A stretch of 64,000 nucleotides of DNA from Chloroflexota bacterium (lineage in GTDB: Bacteria > Chloroflexota > Dehalococcoidia > DSTF01 > RBG-16-68-14): contig JADFKB010000001.1 of NCBI GenBank assembly GCA_022565155.1, positions 17,170 through 81,169 of the forward strand, read 5' to 3'. Within the stretch, counting starts at the first letter, position 1; each line of letters starts with the position of its first letter. The notes under the pieces were generated by a model, which saw nothing but the letters and a program-made list of their open reading frames with translations, had not been told where the DNA came from and made no database searches. A program made the translations under genes and the position numbers. This document shows, piece after piece, positions 29,362 through 37,168 of this stretch.

Positions 29362-30687
29362 ATGGACGATCAGCGCGCATTTGTGCTCCAGACCTGCAAA
29401 GACCGGGACATTAAGTTCATCCGGCTCTGGTTCACGGACATCCTCGGGTCGCTAAAGAGCTTCGCAATCACGGTGGAAGAGCTAGAGAAGGCGCTGGAGG
29501 AGGGGATGGGCTTCGACGGCTCATCGATTGAAGGCTTTGCCCGCATCGATGAGTCCGACATGGTGGCGATGCCCGATCCAGCCACCTTCCAGCTCATACC
29601 GTGGCGGCCGTCCGAACGGGGCGTCGCGCGCATGTTCTGCGATGTCCTGCTCCCGAACGGTGAGCCGTTCGAGGGCGATCCTCGCTACGTACTGAAGCGC
29701 AACCTGAAGCGCGCGACCGAGCTAGGCTACACGTTCTACGTTGGGCCGGAGTTGGAGTTCTTCTACTTCAAGAGTGCGGAAGGCACCGAGCCGCTGGACC
29801 CGGGCGGCTACTTCGATCTGACGCCGCTGGACGCAGCCAGCGACCTACGCCGCCAGACCGTGCTGACCCTGGAGGAGATGGGCATCGGCGTCAAGTACAG
29901 CCACCACGAGGTCGCGCCTAGCCAGCACGAGATCGACCTGCGCTACACCGACGCGCTTACCATGGCCGATAACGCGATGACCTACCGGCTGGTGGTGAAG
30001 GAGATCGCGCTGGCGAACGGCGTTTACGCGACGTTCATGCCCAAGCCGATCGCCAGCGAGAACGGCTCCGGCATGCACACGCACCAGTCGCTATTCAAAG
30101 GAGAGCGGAACGCCTTCTTCGATGAGAGCGCCCCCTATCACCTTTCGGCGATCGCGAAGTCCTACATCGCCGGTCTGATGCGCCACGCACGAGAGTTGAC
30201 GCTTGTGACCAACCAGTGGGTCAACTCGTATAAGCGGCTGGTGGCCGGCTACGAAGCGCCCGTCTACGTGACGTGGGCGCGCAGAAACCGCTCTGACCTG
30301 GTACGTATTCCGGAGTACAAGCCGGGCAAAGAGATGGCGACGCGCATCGAGTACCGCGCGCCTGATCCGGCCTGCAACCCCTACCTCGCATTCGCGGCCA
30401 TGCTCGCCGCCGGCCTGGCCGGCATCGAGCACGAGTACCCGCTGCGAGAGCCGTCTGAGGGCAACGTCTTCGAGATGACGGCGGAGGAGCGCACCGCGCT
30501 CGACATCGACCTGCTGCCGGGAACGCTGGACGAGGCGATTCGCGCGACCGAGGAGAGCGAGTTGATGCGCGAGTGCCTGGGCGAGCACGTGTTCGAGAGC
30601 CTGCTCAAGAACAAGCGGATCGAGTGGGACGCCTATCGCGCGCACGTCACGGACTTCGAGCTGGAGCGCTACCTGGGCGTCCTGTAG
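29362..30687 (+). CDS. glnA: Glutamine synthetase family protein (GSI-alpha/GlnA2-like)
   Basis: IRLWFTDILG, FDGSSIEGF, NGSGMH; Phe instead of Tyr at the adenylylation position (GNVFEM). Confidence 0.88.
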   Translation: MDDQRAFVLQTCKDRDIKFIRLWFTDILGSLKSFAITVEELEKALEEGMGFDGSSIEGFARIDESDMVAMPDPATFQLIPWRPSERGVARMFCDVLLPNGEPFEGDPRYVLKRNLKRATELGYTFYVGPELEFFYFKSAEGTEPLDPGGYFDLTPLDAASDLRRQTVLTLEEMGIGVKYSHHEVAPSQHEIDLRYTDALTMADNAMTYRLVVKEIALANGVYATFMPKPIASENGSGMHTHQSLFKGERNAFFDESAPYHLSAIAKSYIAGLMRHARELTLVTNQWVNSYKRLVAGYEAPVYVTWARRNRSDLVRIPEYKPGKEMATRIEYRAPDPACNPYLAFAAMLAAGLAGIEHEYPLREPSEGNVFEMTAEERTALDIDLLPGTLDEAIRATEESELMRECLGEHVFESLLKNKRIEWDAYRAHVTDFELERYLGVL

Positions 30688-30775
30688 GGACGATCCGTGG
30701 GTGAGCGCGCTCACGTTGACAAGCGCGCGCAGATTGGTGACAATGAAACCTCCCCGCTAGTCTTGGAGGTAGATC

Positions 30776-31390
30776 GTGCGCGCAGAACCCATGCGACCGT
30801 CCCCATCGCCGTGGCAACCGTTCAAGTCGCTCGCGTCGTTCGTTATGCGACCGGCAGCCCTCGCTCTCTTCGCATTCGCGCTGTTGATCGGAACGCCTGC
30901 GCCCTCGGCTGAAGGCGCAACGGTCGATATCCTCGTCGGCGACTTCTGGTTCTGCAGCGCTGGCTTCACTTTCGGCGTCTGCCCGACCACGATCACGGTC
31001 GGCGATACGGTTTCGTGGGACTTCTCCCCCTCCACGTTCACGCACACATCGACAGACTGCAATGGCGACTGCGGATCCCCTCCGTTCGGGACGGCGTGGG
31101 ACTCCGGATTCGTGGCGGGCAACGGGCCCAAGTTCCAGCACACGTTCAACAGCGCCGGCGTCTTTCTCTACTACTGTACGATCCACCCGCTTTCAATGCG
31201 CGGCCAGATCACCGTTACCGGTGCCGTCGGCGGCATCGCCGAGCTGCCGGCGTTAGATGGTAGCCCTAGTGTCCAAACGGGCCCCGAAGGCGGTGGACTC
31301 AGCGTCGCTTGGGCTGCCGGCATCGCCGCTGCGGGCGCGGCCGCGCTCGGCATCACCGCCTTGTACGCGCGCCGGCGCTGGTTGCGCTAA
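30776..31390 (+). CDS. Secreted cupredoxin (plastocyanin-like) with C-terminal VGGIAELP-TM-RRR tail
   Basis: VGDTVSW, HT, YYCTIHPLSMRGQI type-1 copper ligands; GGAGGT RBS. Confidence 0.85.
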   Translation: MRAEPMRPSPSPWQPFKSLASFVMRPAALALFAFALLIGTPAPSAEGATVDILVGDFWFCSAGFTFGVCPTTITVGDTVSWDFSPSTFTHTSTDCNGDCGSPPFGTAWDSGFVAGNGPKFQHTFNSAGVFLYYCTIHPLSMRGQITVTGAVGGIAELPALDGSPSVQTGPEGGGLSVAWAAGIAAAGAAALGITALYARRRWLR

Positions 31391-31708
31391 CGTTACGCCG
31401 TACGCCAGTCCACGTCGAATCACCTGTTGGTCGGACTGTCGCTAACAACCCCGGCCGTCACAGATAAGCTGCCGGCTACTTACGCTTCTGGAGCACCATT
31501 TTGGCACTCTCGCTTCTGCCCGTGGGTTGCGCGGTGGCGATCGTCCATTGTAGCCGTCATCGCGGCCAGAGAGACGGCGGACGACTGGGAGACAGCGGAA
31601 CCGCACGCGAGCGGCCTCGCTCGTCTGGCCCGCCGGCGGCCGGGAGCTCGGCAGTCCCCATCTAGCATCGTCCCCGCGCTCCGATGTTCTGCACCGTGCA
31701 AATGGAGA

Positions 31709-31735
31709 AGCGGCCCTCCGTGCTGGAGGGCCGCT
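31709..31735 (-). terminator. Terminator of paralog B
   Basis: AGCGGCCCTCC-5 nt-GGAGGGCCGCT, same stem as 33051-33077. Confidence 0.75.
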
Positions 31736-31767
31736 CTAAATTGACAAGTACCGGCTGGTTGGTCAGC

Positions 31768-32688
31768 CTACGGAAACGGAACGTTCGTAGTGAAAAACAT
31801 GAACCTGCCGCTATCATTGGGAATGTGGTTGTAAAGATGAACCATCCAACCGAACGTGGAGAACCAGGCGTTTGGCTGGGGCTGCGCGTTGCATCCAGGT
31901 TCTGAGAAGCCTTCGTTTGTTCCGGCCTGGTTGGTACCAATTGCCCAGATGCAGAGACCGGGGTGCTGGTGCCACGCCTTCTGTGCGCCCACATCCGTGT
32001 TGTCTTCAGGGCCATCGAATCCTACCGGTTCCGCATCATCGCAGGTGGGCGGGTTGAGGTAAAATGGGCACACCTCCATATTCGGCACAACGTACCACAT
32101 GCCGATCAGTTTACCGGGCACGTCGTTGCTGAAGTTGCCAGGATCGCTGTCGGTGCAGATCAGCCCGACCGGGTTCCGTATTTGGTCGGTTGGGTCGTTC
32201 GGGTCGCCGTTCCAGAATACCCGCGCAGCGTTGGCATACTTGGAGATGTGGATACCCATGTTCGGCACCATCTGCGTCAATTGGGTGTAGCCGTCCGCCA
32301 GGGCATCCTGGCAGTTCTGATACTTCATCGTCTCCACGGTCGCCAGGACGACCTGCTGGTCGACGAGAGAGCAGGTCTGGCCGTGGGCTAGGATAGTGCT
32401 GAGAATGTCGCCCAACAGGTCTATCTCACCACCGCCGTTTACGTCGTAGAGCAGCGAGTATTCGTATCCAGCCGCGTTCGGCGGGCCACCATACGAGGTA
32501 CCGTAGCGGTAGATGACGCCGAGGATGTCGTTCAATAGATCGACGGTGCCGTCGCCGTTGATGTCGTGGCACGTTGCGCTGAGAGGCGGCCACTTCGCGG
32601 GGTTCGTCGCCGATGTCTCTTGCGGCTGCGTCGATAGGCCGATGAGACCGACCACGGCGACAGCGAGCGCGATGATCGCATACTTCAC
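31768..32688 (-). CDS. Secreted protein: dockerin-like N-terminal domain plus His/Met/Cys-motif domain (paralog B)
   Basis: Signal peptide; DINGDGTVDLLNDIL / DVNGGGEIDLLGDIL; MGIH, WHQHPGLC, WMVH. Confidence 0.85.
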   Translation of the reverse strand: MKYAIIALAVAVVGLIGLSTQPQETSATNPAKWPPLSATCHDINGDGTVDLLNDILGVIYRYGTSYGGPPNAAGYEYSLLYDVNGGGEIDLLGDILSTILAHGQTCSLVDQQVVLATVETMKYQNCQDALADGYTQLTQMVPNMGIHISKYANAARVFWNGDPNDPTDQIRNPVGLICTDSDPGNFSNDVPGKLIGMWYVVPNMEVCPFYLNPPTCDDAEPVGFDGPEDNTDVGAQKAWHQHPGLCIWAIGTNQAGTNEGFSEPGCNAQPQPNAWFSTFGWMVHLYNHIPNDSGRFMFFTTNVPFP

Positions 32689-32725
32689 GACAGGCTCCTC
32701 GCCGGCTCCCCAACTTGCTTGAGCA

Positions 32726-32753
32726 AGTATAGCAGGTGTGTCAACTATTGCAA
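32726..32753 (-). promoter_or_regulatory. Promoter of paralog B
   Basis: Minus strand TTGCAA-16 nt-TATACT with TG extension, conserved upstream of paralog A. Confidence 0.7.
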
Positions 32754-32909
32754 CGCTCCGCTATTCTCGACATGTAACAATGTAGCGCCGCGCACCGTAG
32801 CTAGGATCGGCTTCCTATGGTTGCTCTACTCCGGATGGATAGCGGCGCCGGTACTGCGGAGCAAGAACCCGCTTCTCGCTCCCTACGTATGCGGGAGTGC
32901 GAGCCGCCG

Positions 32910-33039
32910 TTACGGGAAGAGCAGCTTCGTCGCCTCTTCCGCAGCCTCGAGGAGGTGGCGAGGGAAGATGCCGACGACTAACACCACCGTCAGGCCGCTG
33001 ATCATCGCCGGCACGGGCGCCCGCCCTCTTCCTCCGGCT
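32910..33039 (-). pseudogene. nuoN: Diverged duplicate of the nuoN 3' end
   Basis: Aligns to 34157-34302 with one 15-nt and one 1-nt deletion; reads ...PAMISGLTVVLVVGIFPRHLLEAAEEATKLLFP*. Confidence 0.9.
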
Positions 33040-33050
33040 CGGAAAGGAGA

Positions 33051-33077
33051 AGCGGCCCTCCAAACAGGAGGGCCGCT
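33051..33077 (-). terminator. Terminator of paralog A
   Basis: AGCGGCCCTCC-5 nt-GGAGGGCCGCT followed on the minus strand by TCTCCTTTCC. Confidence 0.75.
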
Positions 33078-33101
33078 CTGGCTTTGATACTCTATGATCC
33101 G

Positions 33102-34025
33102 CTACTGAGAGAACGGCACGTTCGAACTGAAGAACAGGAACCTGCCGGAGTCATTGGGGATGTGGTTGAAGAGGTGAACCATCCAACCGAATTCAGAGAA
33201 CCAGAAATTTGGCGGCGGCATCGCGTTGCATCCACTTTGCGTGAAACCCTCGCCCGTACCGGCCTGGGTGGTACCAAGCCCCCACACGCAGAGACCCGGG
33301 TGCGTGTGCCACGCCTTCTGTACGTTGCCCACATCTGTGTTGTCTTCAGGGCCATCGAATCCTACCGGTTCAGCATTATCGCAAATGGGCGCGCCGGGGT
33401 ACACGAAACAGGCTTCCAGATTTGGCTGAATGTAAAACATGCCGATCAGTTTATCGGGCACGTCCGTTCCCGGGGACGGATCGCTGTCGGTACAGATCAG
33501 CCCGACCGGGTTCCGTATCTGGTCGGTTGGGTCGTTCGGGTCACCGTTCCAGAAGACCCTCGCAGCGTTGGAGTTTTTGGAGATGTGGATACCCATGTTC
33601 GGCACAAACCCCGTCGTCTGGCTGTAGCCGTCCGCCAGGGCATCCTGGCAGTTCTGGTACTTCATCGTCGCCACAGTCGCCAGGACGACCTGTTGGTCAA
33701 CGAGAGAGCAGGTTTGCATGTAAGCGTTGACAGTACTGAGAATGTCGCCTAACAGGTCTATCTCACCGCCGCCGTTCACGTCGTAGAGCAGCGAGTACTC
33801 GTATCCAGCCGCGTTCGGCGGGCCACCGTAGAACGTACCGTGCCGGTAGATAACGCCTAGGATGTCATTCAGCAGATCGACGGTGCCGTCGCCGTTGACG
33901 TCGTGGCACGTTGTGCTGAGAGGCGGCCACTTCGCGGGGTTCGTCGCCGATGTCTCTTGTGGCTGCGTCGATAGGCCGATGAGACCGACCACGGCGACAG
34001 CGAGCACCAATACTACAAATTTCAA
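33102..34025 (-). CDS. Secreted protein: dockerin-like N-terminal domain plus His/Met/Cys-motif domain (paralog A)
   Basis: TTG start after GAGGAGG; same architecture as 31768-32688. Confidence 0.85.
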   Translation of the reverse strand: MKFVVLVLAVAVVGLIGLSTQPQETSATNPAKWPPLSTTCHDVNGDGTVDLLNDILGVIYRHGTFYGGPPNAAGYEYSLLYDVNGGGEIDLLGDILSTVNAYMQTCSLVDQQVVLATVATMKYQNCQDALADGYSQTTGFVPNMGIHISKNSNAARVFWNGDPNDPTDQIRNPVGLICTDSDPSPGTDVPDKLIGMFYIQPNLEACFVYPGAPICDNAEPVGFDGPEDNTDVGNVQKAWHTHPGLCVWGLGTTQAGTGEGFTQSGCNAMPPPNFWFSEFGWMVHLFNHIPNDSGRFLFFSSNVPFSQ

Positions 34026-34062
34026 GGCAGCCTCCTCGCTGACTCCCCAGCTTGACTGAGCA

Positions 34063-34090
34063 AGTATAGCAGGTTTATCAACAATTGCAA
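34063..34090 (-). promoter_or_regulatory. Promoter of paralog A
   Basis: Minus strand TTGCAA-16 nt-TATACT. Confidence 0.7.
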
Positions 34091-34156
34091 CGCCAATTTC
34101 GCGCGTCGTATAACAAGGTAGCCGCATGCGACATAGCTGAGACCGGCAATCGACGG

Positions 34157-35602
34157 CTACGCGAAGAGCACCTTCGTCGCCTCTTCCGCAACTTCAAGGA
34201 GATGGCGAGGGAAGATGCCGACGTAGAAGACGCCGACGACTAGTGCCACGGTCAGGCCGCTGATCATCGCCGGCACCGGCAGCCTGCCCTCTTCCTCCGG
34301 CTTCGAGACGTAGAGCTCCTTGATCACCATCAGGTAGTAGTAGAGAGAGACGAAGCTCATCACGACGGCGATCACGGACAGCCAGAGGAAGCCCTCGCCG
34401 GCGACAGCCTGGAAGAGGATGAACTTGGTGAAGAAGCCCGCGAACAGCGGCATGCCTGATAGCGAGAAGAGCGCCGCCGTCAGCGCCGCCGCCAGCAGCG
34501 GCGTCCGCTCCGCCATGCCCCGGAAGCCGGCAATATCGTCGCGTCCGGTCAGGTTGTACCAGGCGATGATGCAGGTAAAGGCCGCCAGGTTGGTGACCAC
34601 GTACCCCGCCATGTGCAGCAGCAGCGCGCTCGACGTCGCCGACGAGAGCGCCGCGATCGCCATCAGCATGTAACCCACCTGCCCGATCGACGAGTACGCG
34701 AGCAGCCGCTTGATGTTGCGCTGCTGGAGCGCGACGAGGTTGCCCAGCACCATGGTAAGGGCCGCCAGCGACGCGACGATCCACTGCCAATCGTCCAGCA
34801 CGGGCATGAAGGCGCCGGAGAACAGGCGCAGCAGCAGCGCGAAGCCGGCCACCTTCGATGTCGCCGAAAGGTAGGCGGTGATCGGCAGCGGCGCGCCTTC
34901 GTAGGCATCCGGCGTCCACATGTGGAAGGGCACAGCCGCGACTTTGAAGCCGAGGCCCGCCAGCACAAGAACCAGCCCCATCAGCAGCCCCAGGTCGAAA
35001 CCGGCCGTGCCGCCCTCGTACGCGGCGGCGATGTCACCGTAGAACGTAGAGCCGGACGTGCCGTAGATCAGGCTGATGCCGTAGAGCAGAATCGCGGACG
35101 CGAATGCCCCGAGCAGCATATACTTCAGGCCGCCCTCGTTGGAGCGGGCGTCCAGCTTCGCATAGGAGACGAGCACGAAGAGGCAGAAGCTCAATAGCTC
35201 CAGCGAGATGTAGGCGGTGAGCAGCTCGCGCGAGGCTGCCATGTAGATCGCGCCGATCGTCGACAGCACCAGCAGGCTGTAGTATTCGCCGGGATGGCGC
35301 AGCCGCGCCTGGACGAACTGGGCCGAGATGAGCGCAACCACTGCCGCCGTCGCCAGGAAGAAGACACGGAAGAACGTCGTATAGTTATCGATGAAGAGCA
35401 GGCCGGCGAACTCGCTCTCCTTGTTCACCCAGCCGAGCGACAGCCCCAGCATACCGAACAGACCGGCCGCCGCGACGTAGGGCAGCCACTCCTTCCGGAA
35501 CGCAGGTACGAAGAGATCGAGCGCGAGGATCAACCCAGCCAGGCCGGCCAGGCCGAACTCCGGTGTCAGCAGCGAGTAGTCCAGGTTCAGCTCACCGGAC
35601 AT
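34157..35602 (-). CDS. nuoN: NADH-quinone oxidoreductase subunit N
   Basis: FKVAAVPFHMWTPDAYEGAP, KRLLAYSSI. Confidence 0.95.
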   Translation of the reverse strand: MSGELNLDYSLLTPEFGLAGLAGLILALDLFVPAFRKEWLPYVAAAGLFGMLGLSLGWVNKESEFAGLLFIDNYTTFFRVFFLATAAVVALISAQFVQARLRHPGEYYSLLVLSTIGAIYMAASRELLTAYISLELLSFCLFVLVSYAKLDARSNEGGLKYMLLGAFASAILLYGISLIYGTSGSTFYGDIAAAYEGGTAGFDLGLLMGLVLVLAGLGFKVAAVPFHMWTPDAYEGAPLPITAYLSATSKVAGFALLLRLFSGAFMPVLDDWQWIVASLAALTMVLGNLVALQQRNIKRLLAYSSIGQVGYMLMAIAALSSATSSALLLHMAGYVVTNLAAFTCIIAWYNLTGRDDIAGFRGMAERTPLLAAALTAALFSLSGMPLFAGFFTKFILFQAVAGEGFLWLSVIAVVMSFVSLYYYLMVIKELYVSKPEEEGRLPVPAMISGLTVALVVGVFYVGIFPRHLLEVAEEATKVLFA

Positions 35603-35612
35603 CGATTACACC

Positions 35613-35647
35613 CCTCGAATCTCGAACATCGAGCCTCGAACCTCCAG
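35613..35647. repeat. Degenerate heptamer array between nuoM and nuoN
   Basis: CCTCGAA TCTCGAA CATCGAG CCTCGAA CCTCCAG. Confidence 0.72.
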
Positions 35648-35656
35648 ATCGCGCCA

Positions 35657-37168
35657 CTAGCCGATCCCCGGAATCCGCAGCACAGAATCTGCGATGCGGT
35701 CTACGAACGGGCTGGGATAGACACCCATCAGGAACATGAAGGCGATCAGGAGCGCGCCGCCTGCGTACTCGTAGCGGCTCATATCCTTCAGGTGCTCCCA
35801 CTTCTCGTTGGCAGGGCCGAAAAACGCCTGCGCCATCATACGCAGGACGTAGACGGCGGTAATCGCCGCGCCCAGAATCGCTAATGCTCCCAGCGCCGGA
35901 TAGGTGCGGAAGATGCCCAGGAAGATGTTGAACTCGGCCACGAAGCCCGAGAGGCCGGGTAAGCCCAGCGAAGCGAGCCCGGCGATGGAGAAGAACGCGA
36001 CGAAGTGCGGCATCCGCTTCACCAACCCGCCGAACGCCCGCATATCGCGCGTGTGCGCCTGGTCGTAGAGCACGCCGACCATGGCGAACATGAGGGCCGT
36101 CATCACGCCGTGGGAGAACATCTGCAACACCGCGCCGTTGACACCGACCGCGTTCATAGTCGCCAGCCCCATCAGGACGTAGCCCATATGGCTGACGCTG
36201 GAGTAGCCCACCATGTACTTGAAGTCGGTCTGGGCCATCGCGGAGATGGCGCCGTACACGACGTTGATCGTGCCGAGCGTGATCAGCGCGGGCATCCAGA
36301 ACTCGGCGCCCTCCGGCAGCAACTGCATTCCCAGCCTGATAATGCCAAATGCGCCCAGCTTCATCAGCACGCCGGCGTGGAGCATGCTGACGGCCGTCGG
36401 CGCGGCGACATGGCCGTCCGGCGACCACGTGTGGAACGGCCAGAGGCCGGCCAGCACGCCGCAGCCGATTAGGAAGAGCGGGAAGACGATCTTCTGGAAG
36501 TCCTCGTCGAACTCCACCTCGTACAGCGTGGGCAGATCGAACGTGCCGAGGCCCGCCTCGACGAAGACGGCGAAGATGCCGACGAAGATCAGCACGCTGG
36601 CGCCGACGAGCACCAGCGTTAACTTCATCGCGCTGTACTCCTTTGTACGCGCGAACGTCGGGAAGACGCTGCTCGATCCCCAGACGGCGATCAGCAGGTA
36701 CATCGGCAGAACGGCCAGCTCGTAGAAGAAGAACCAGAAGAAGAGATCGAGCGATGCGAAGACACCGAAGACGCCCGCGACGAGGACGAAGAAGAGAATG
36801 AAGAAGTCCTTGTTGCGGTAGTCGATCTTCCAGGAGATGAGGGCACCGGCGAACGTGACGATGCCCGTCAGCAGGACCATCGCTGCGCCGATACCATCGA
36901 TGCCGAGATGGAGCGTGATCCCCTCCTCACCGAGCATGCCGATGTTCTCGATCCAGGTCCAGCGCAGGTCAAACTGGTACTGCTCGACTTGGGCGATCTG
37001 GTAGGCGAAGAAGGCGTAGAGCGACAGGCCGAAGAGGGCGAAGCTAACGGCAACTGCGAAGGCGCGGACGACGTTCGGGTATCGTGACGGCACGGCGAGC
37101 AGGACCGCGGCCGCGATTAGCGGCACGGCGATCGTCGCGAGGAGGATGTATCCCGTCTGCATCGTCAA
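35657..37168 (-). CDS. nuoM: NADH-quinone oxidoreductase subunit M
   Basis: PFHTWSPDGHVAAPT, YSSVSHMG, GLPGLSGFVAE. Confidence 0.94.
   Translation of the reverse strand: MTMQTGYILLATIAVPLIAAAVLLAVPSRYPNVVRAFAVAVSFALFGLSLYAFFAYQIAQVEQYQFDLRWTWIENIGMLGEEGITLHLGIDGIGAAMVLLTGIVTFAGALISWKIDYRNKDFFILFFVLVAGVFGVFASLDLFFWFFFYELAVLPMYLLIAVWGSSSVFPTFARTKEYSAMKLTLVLVGASVLIFVGIFAVFVEAGLGTFDLPTLYEVEFDEDFQKIVFPLFLIGCGVLAGLWPFHTWSPDGHVAAPTAVSMLHAGVLMKLGAFGIIRLGMQLLPEGAEFWMPALITLGTINVVYGAISAMAQTDFKYMVGYSSVSHMGYVLMGLATMNAVGVNGAVLQMFSHGVMTALMFAMVGVLYDQAHTRDMRAFGGLVKRMPHFVAFFSIAGLASLGLPGLSGFVAEFNIFLGIFRTYPALGALAILGAAITAVYVLRMMAQAFFGPANEKWEHLKDMSRYEYAGGALLIAFMFLMGVYPSPFVDRIADSVLRIPGIG

Noticed and set aside
31400-31700. 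Small ORFs or an RNA between the cupredoxin gene and paralog B
   Set aside because: No convincing RBS, codon bias, motif or stable long-range structure could be identified by eye
31768-34025. Diversity-generating retroelement (TR/VR pair) explaining the paralog differences
   Set aside because: No reverse transcriptase in the window, differences are not confined to adenines and include indels, and both copies are full genes
32910-37168. '2M' complex I with an extra antiporter subunit
   Set aside because: Only one nuoM is present, and the extra nuoN sequence is a 130-bp broken fragment
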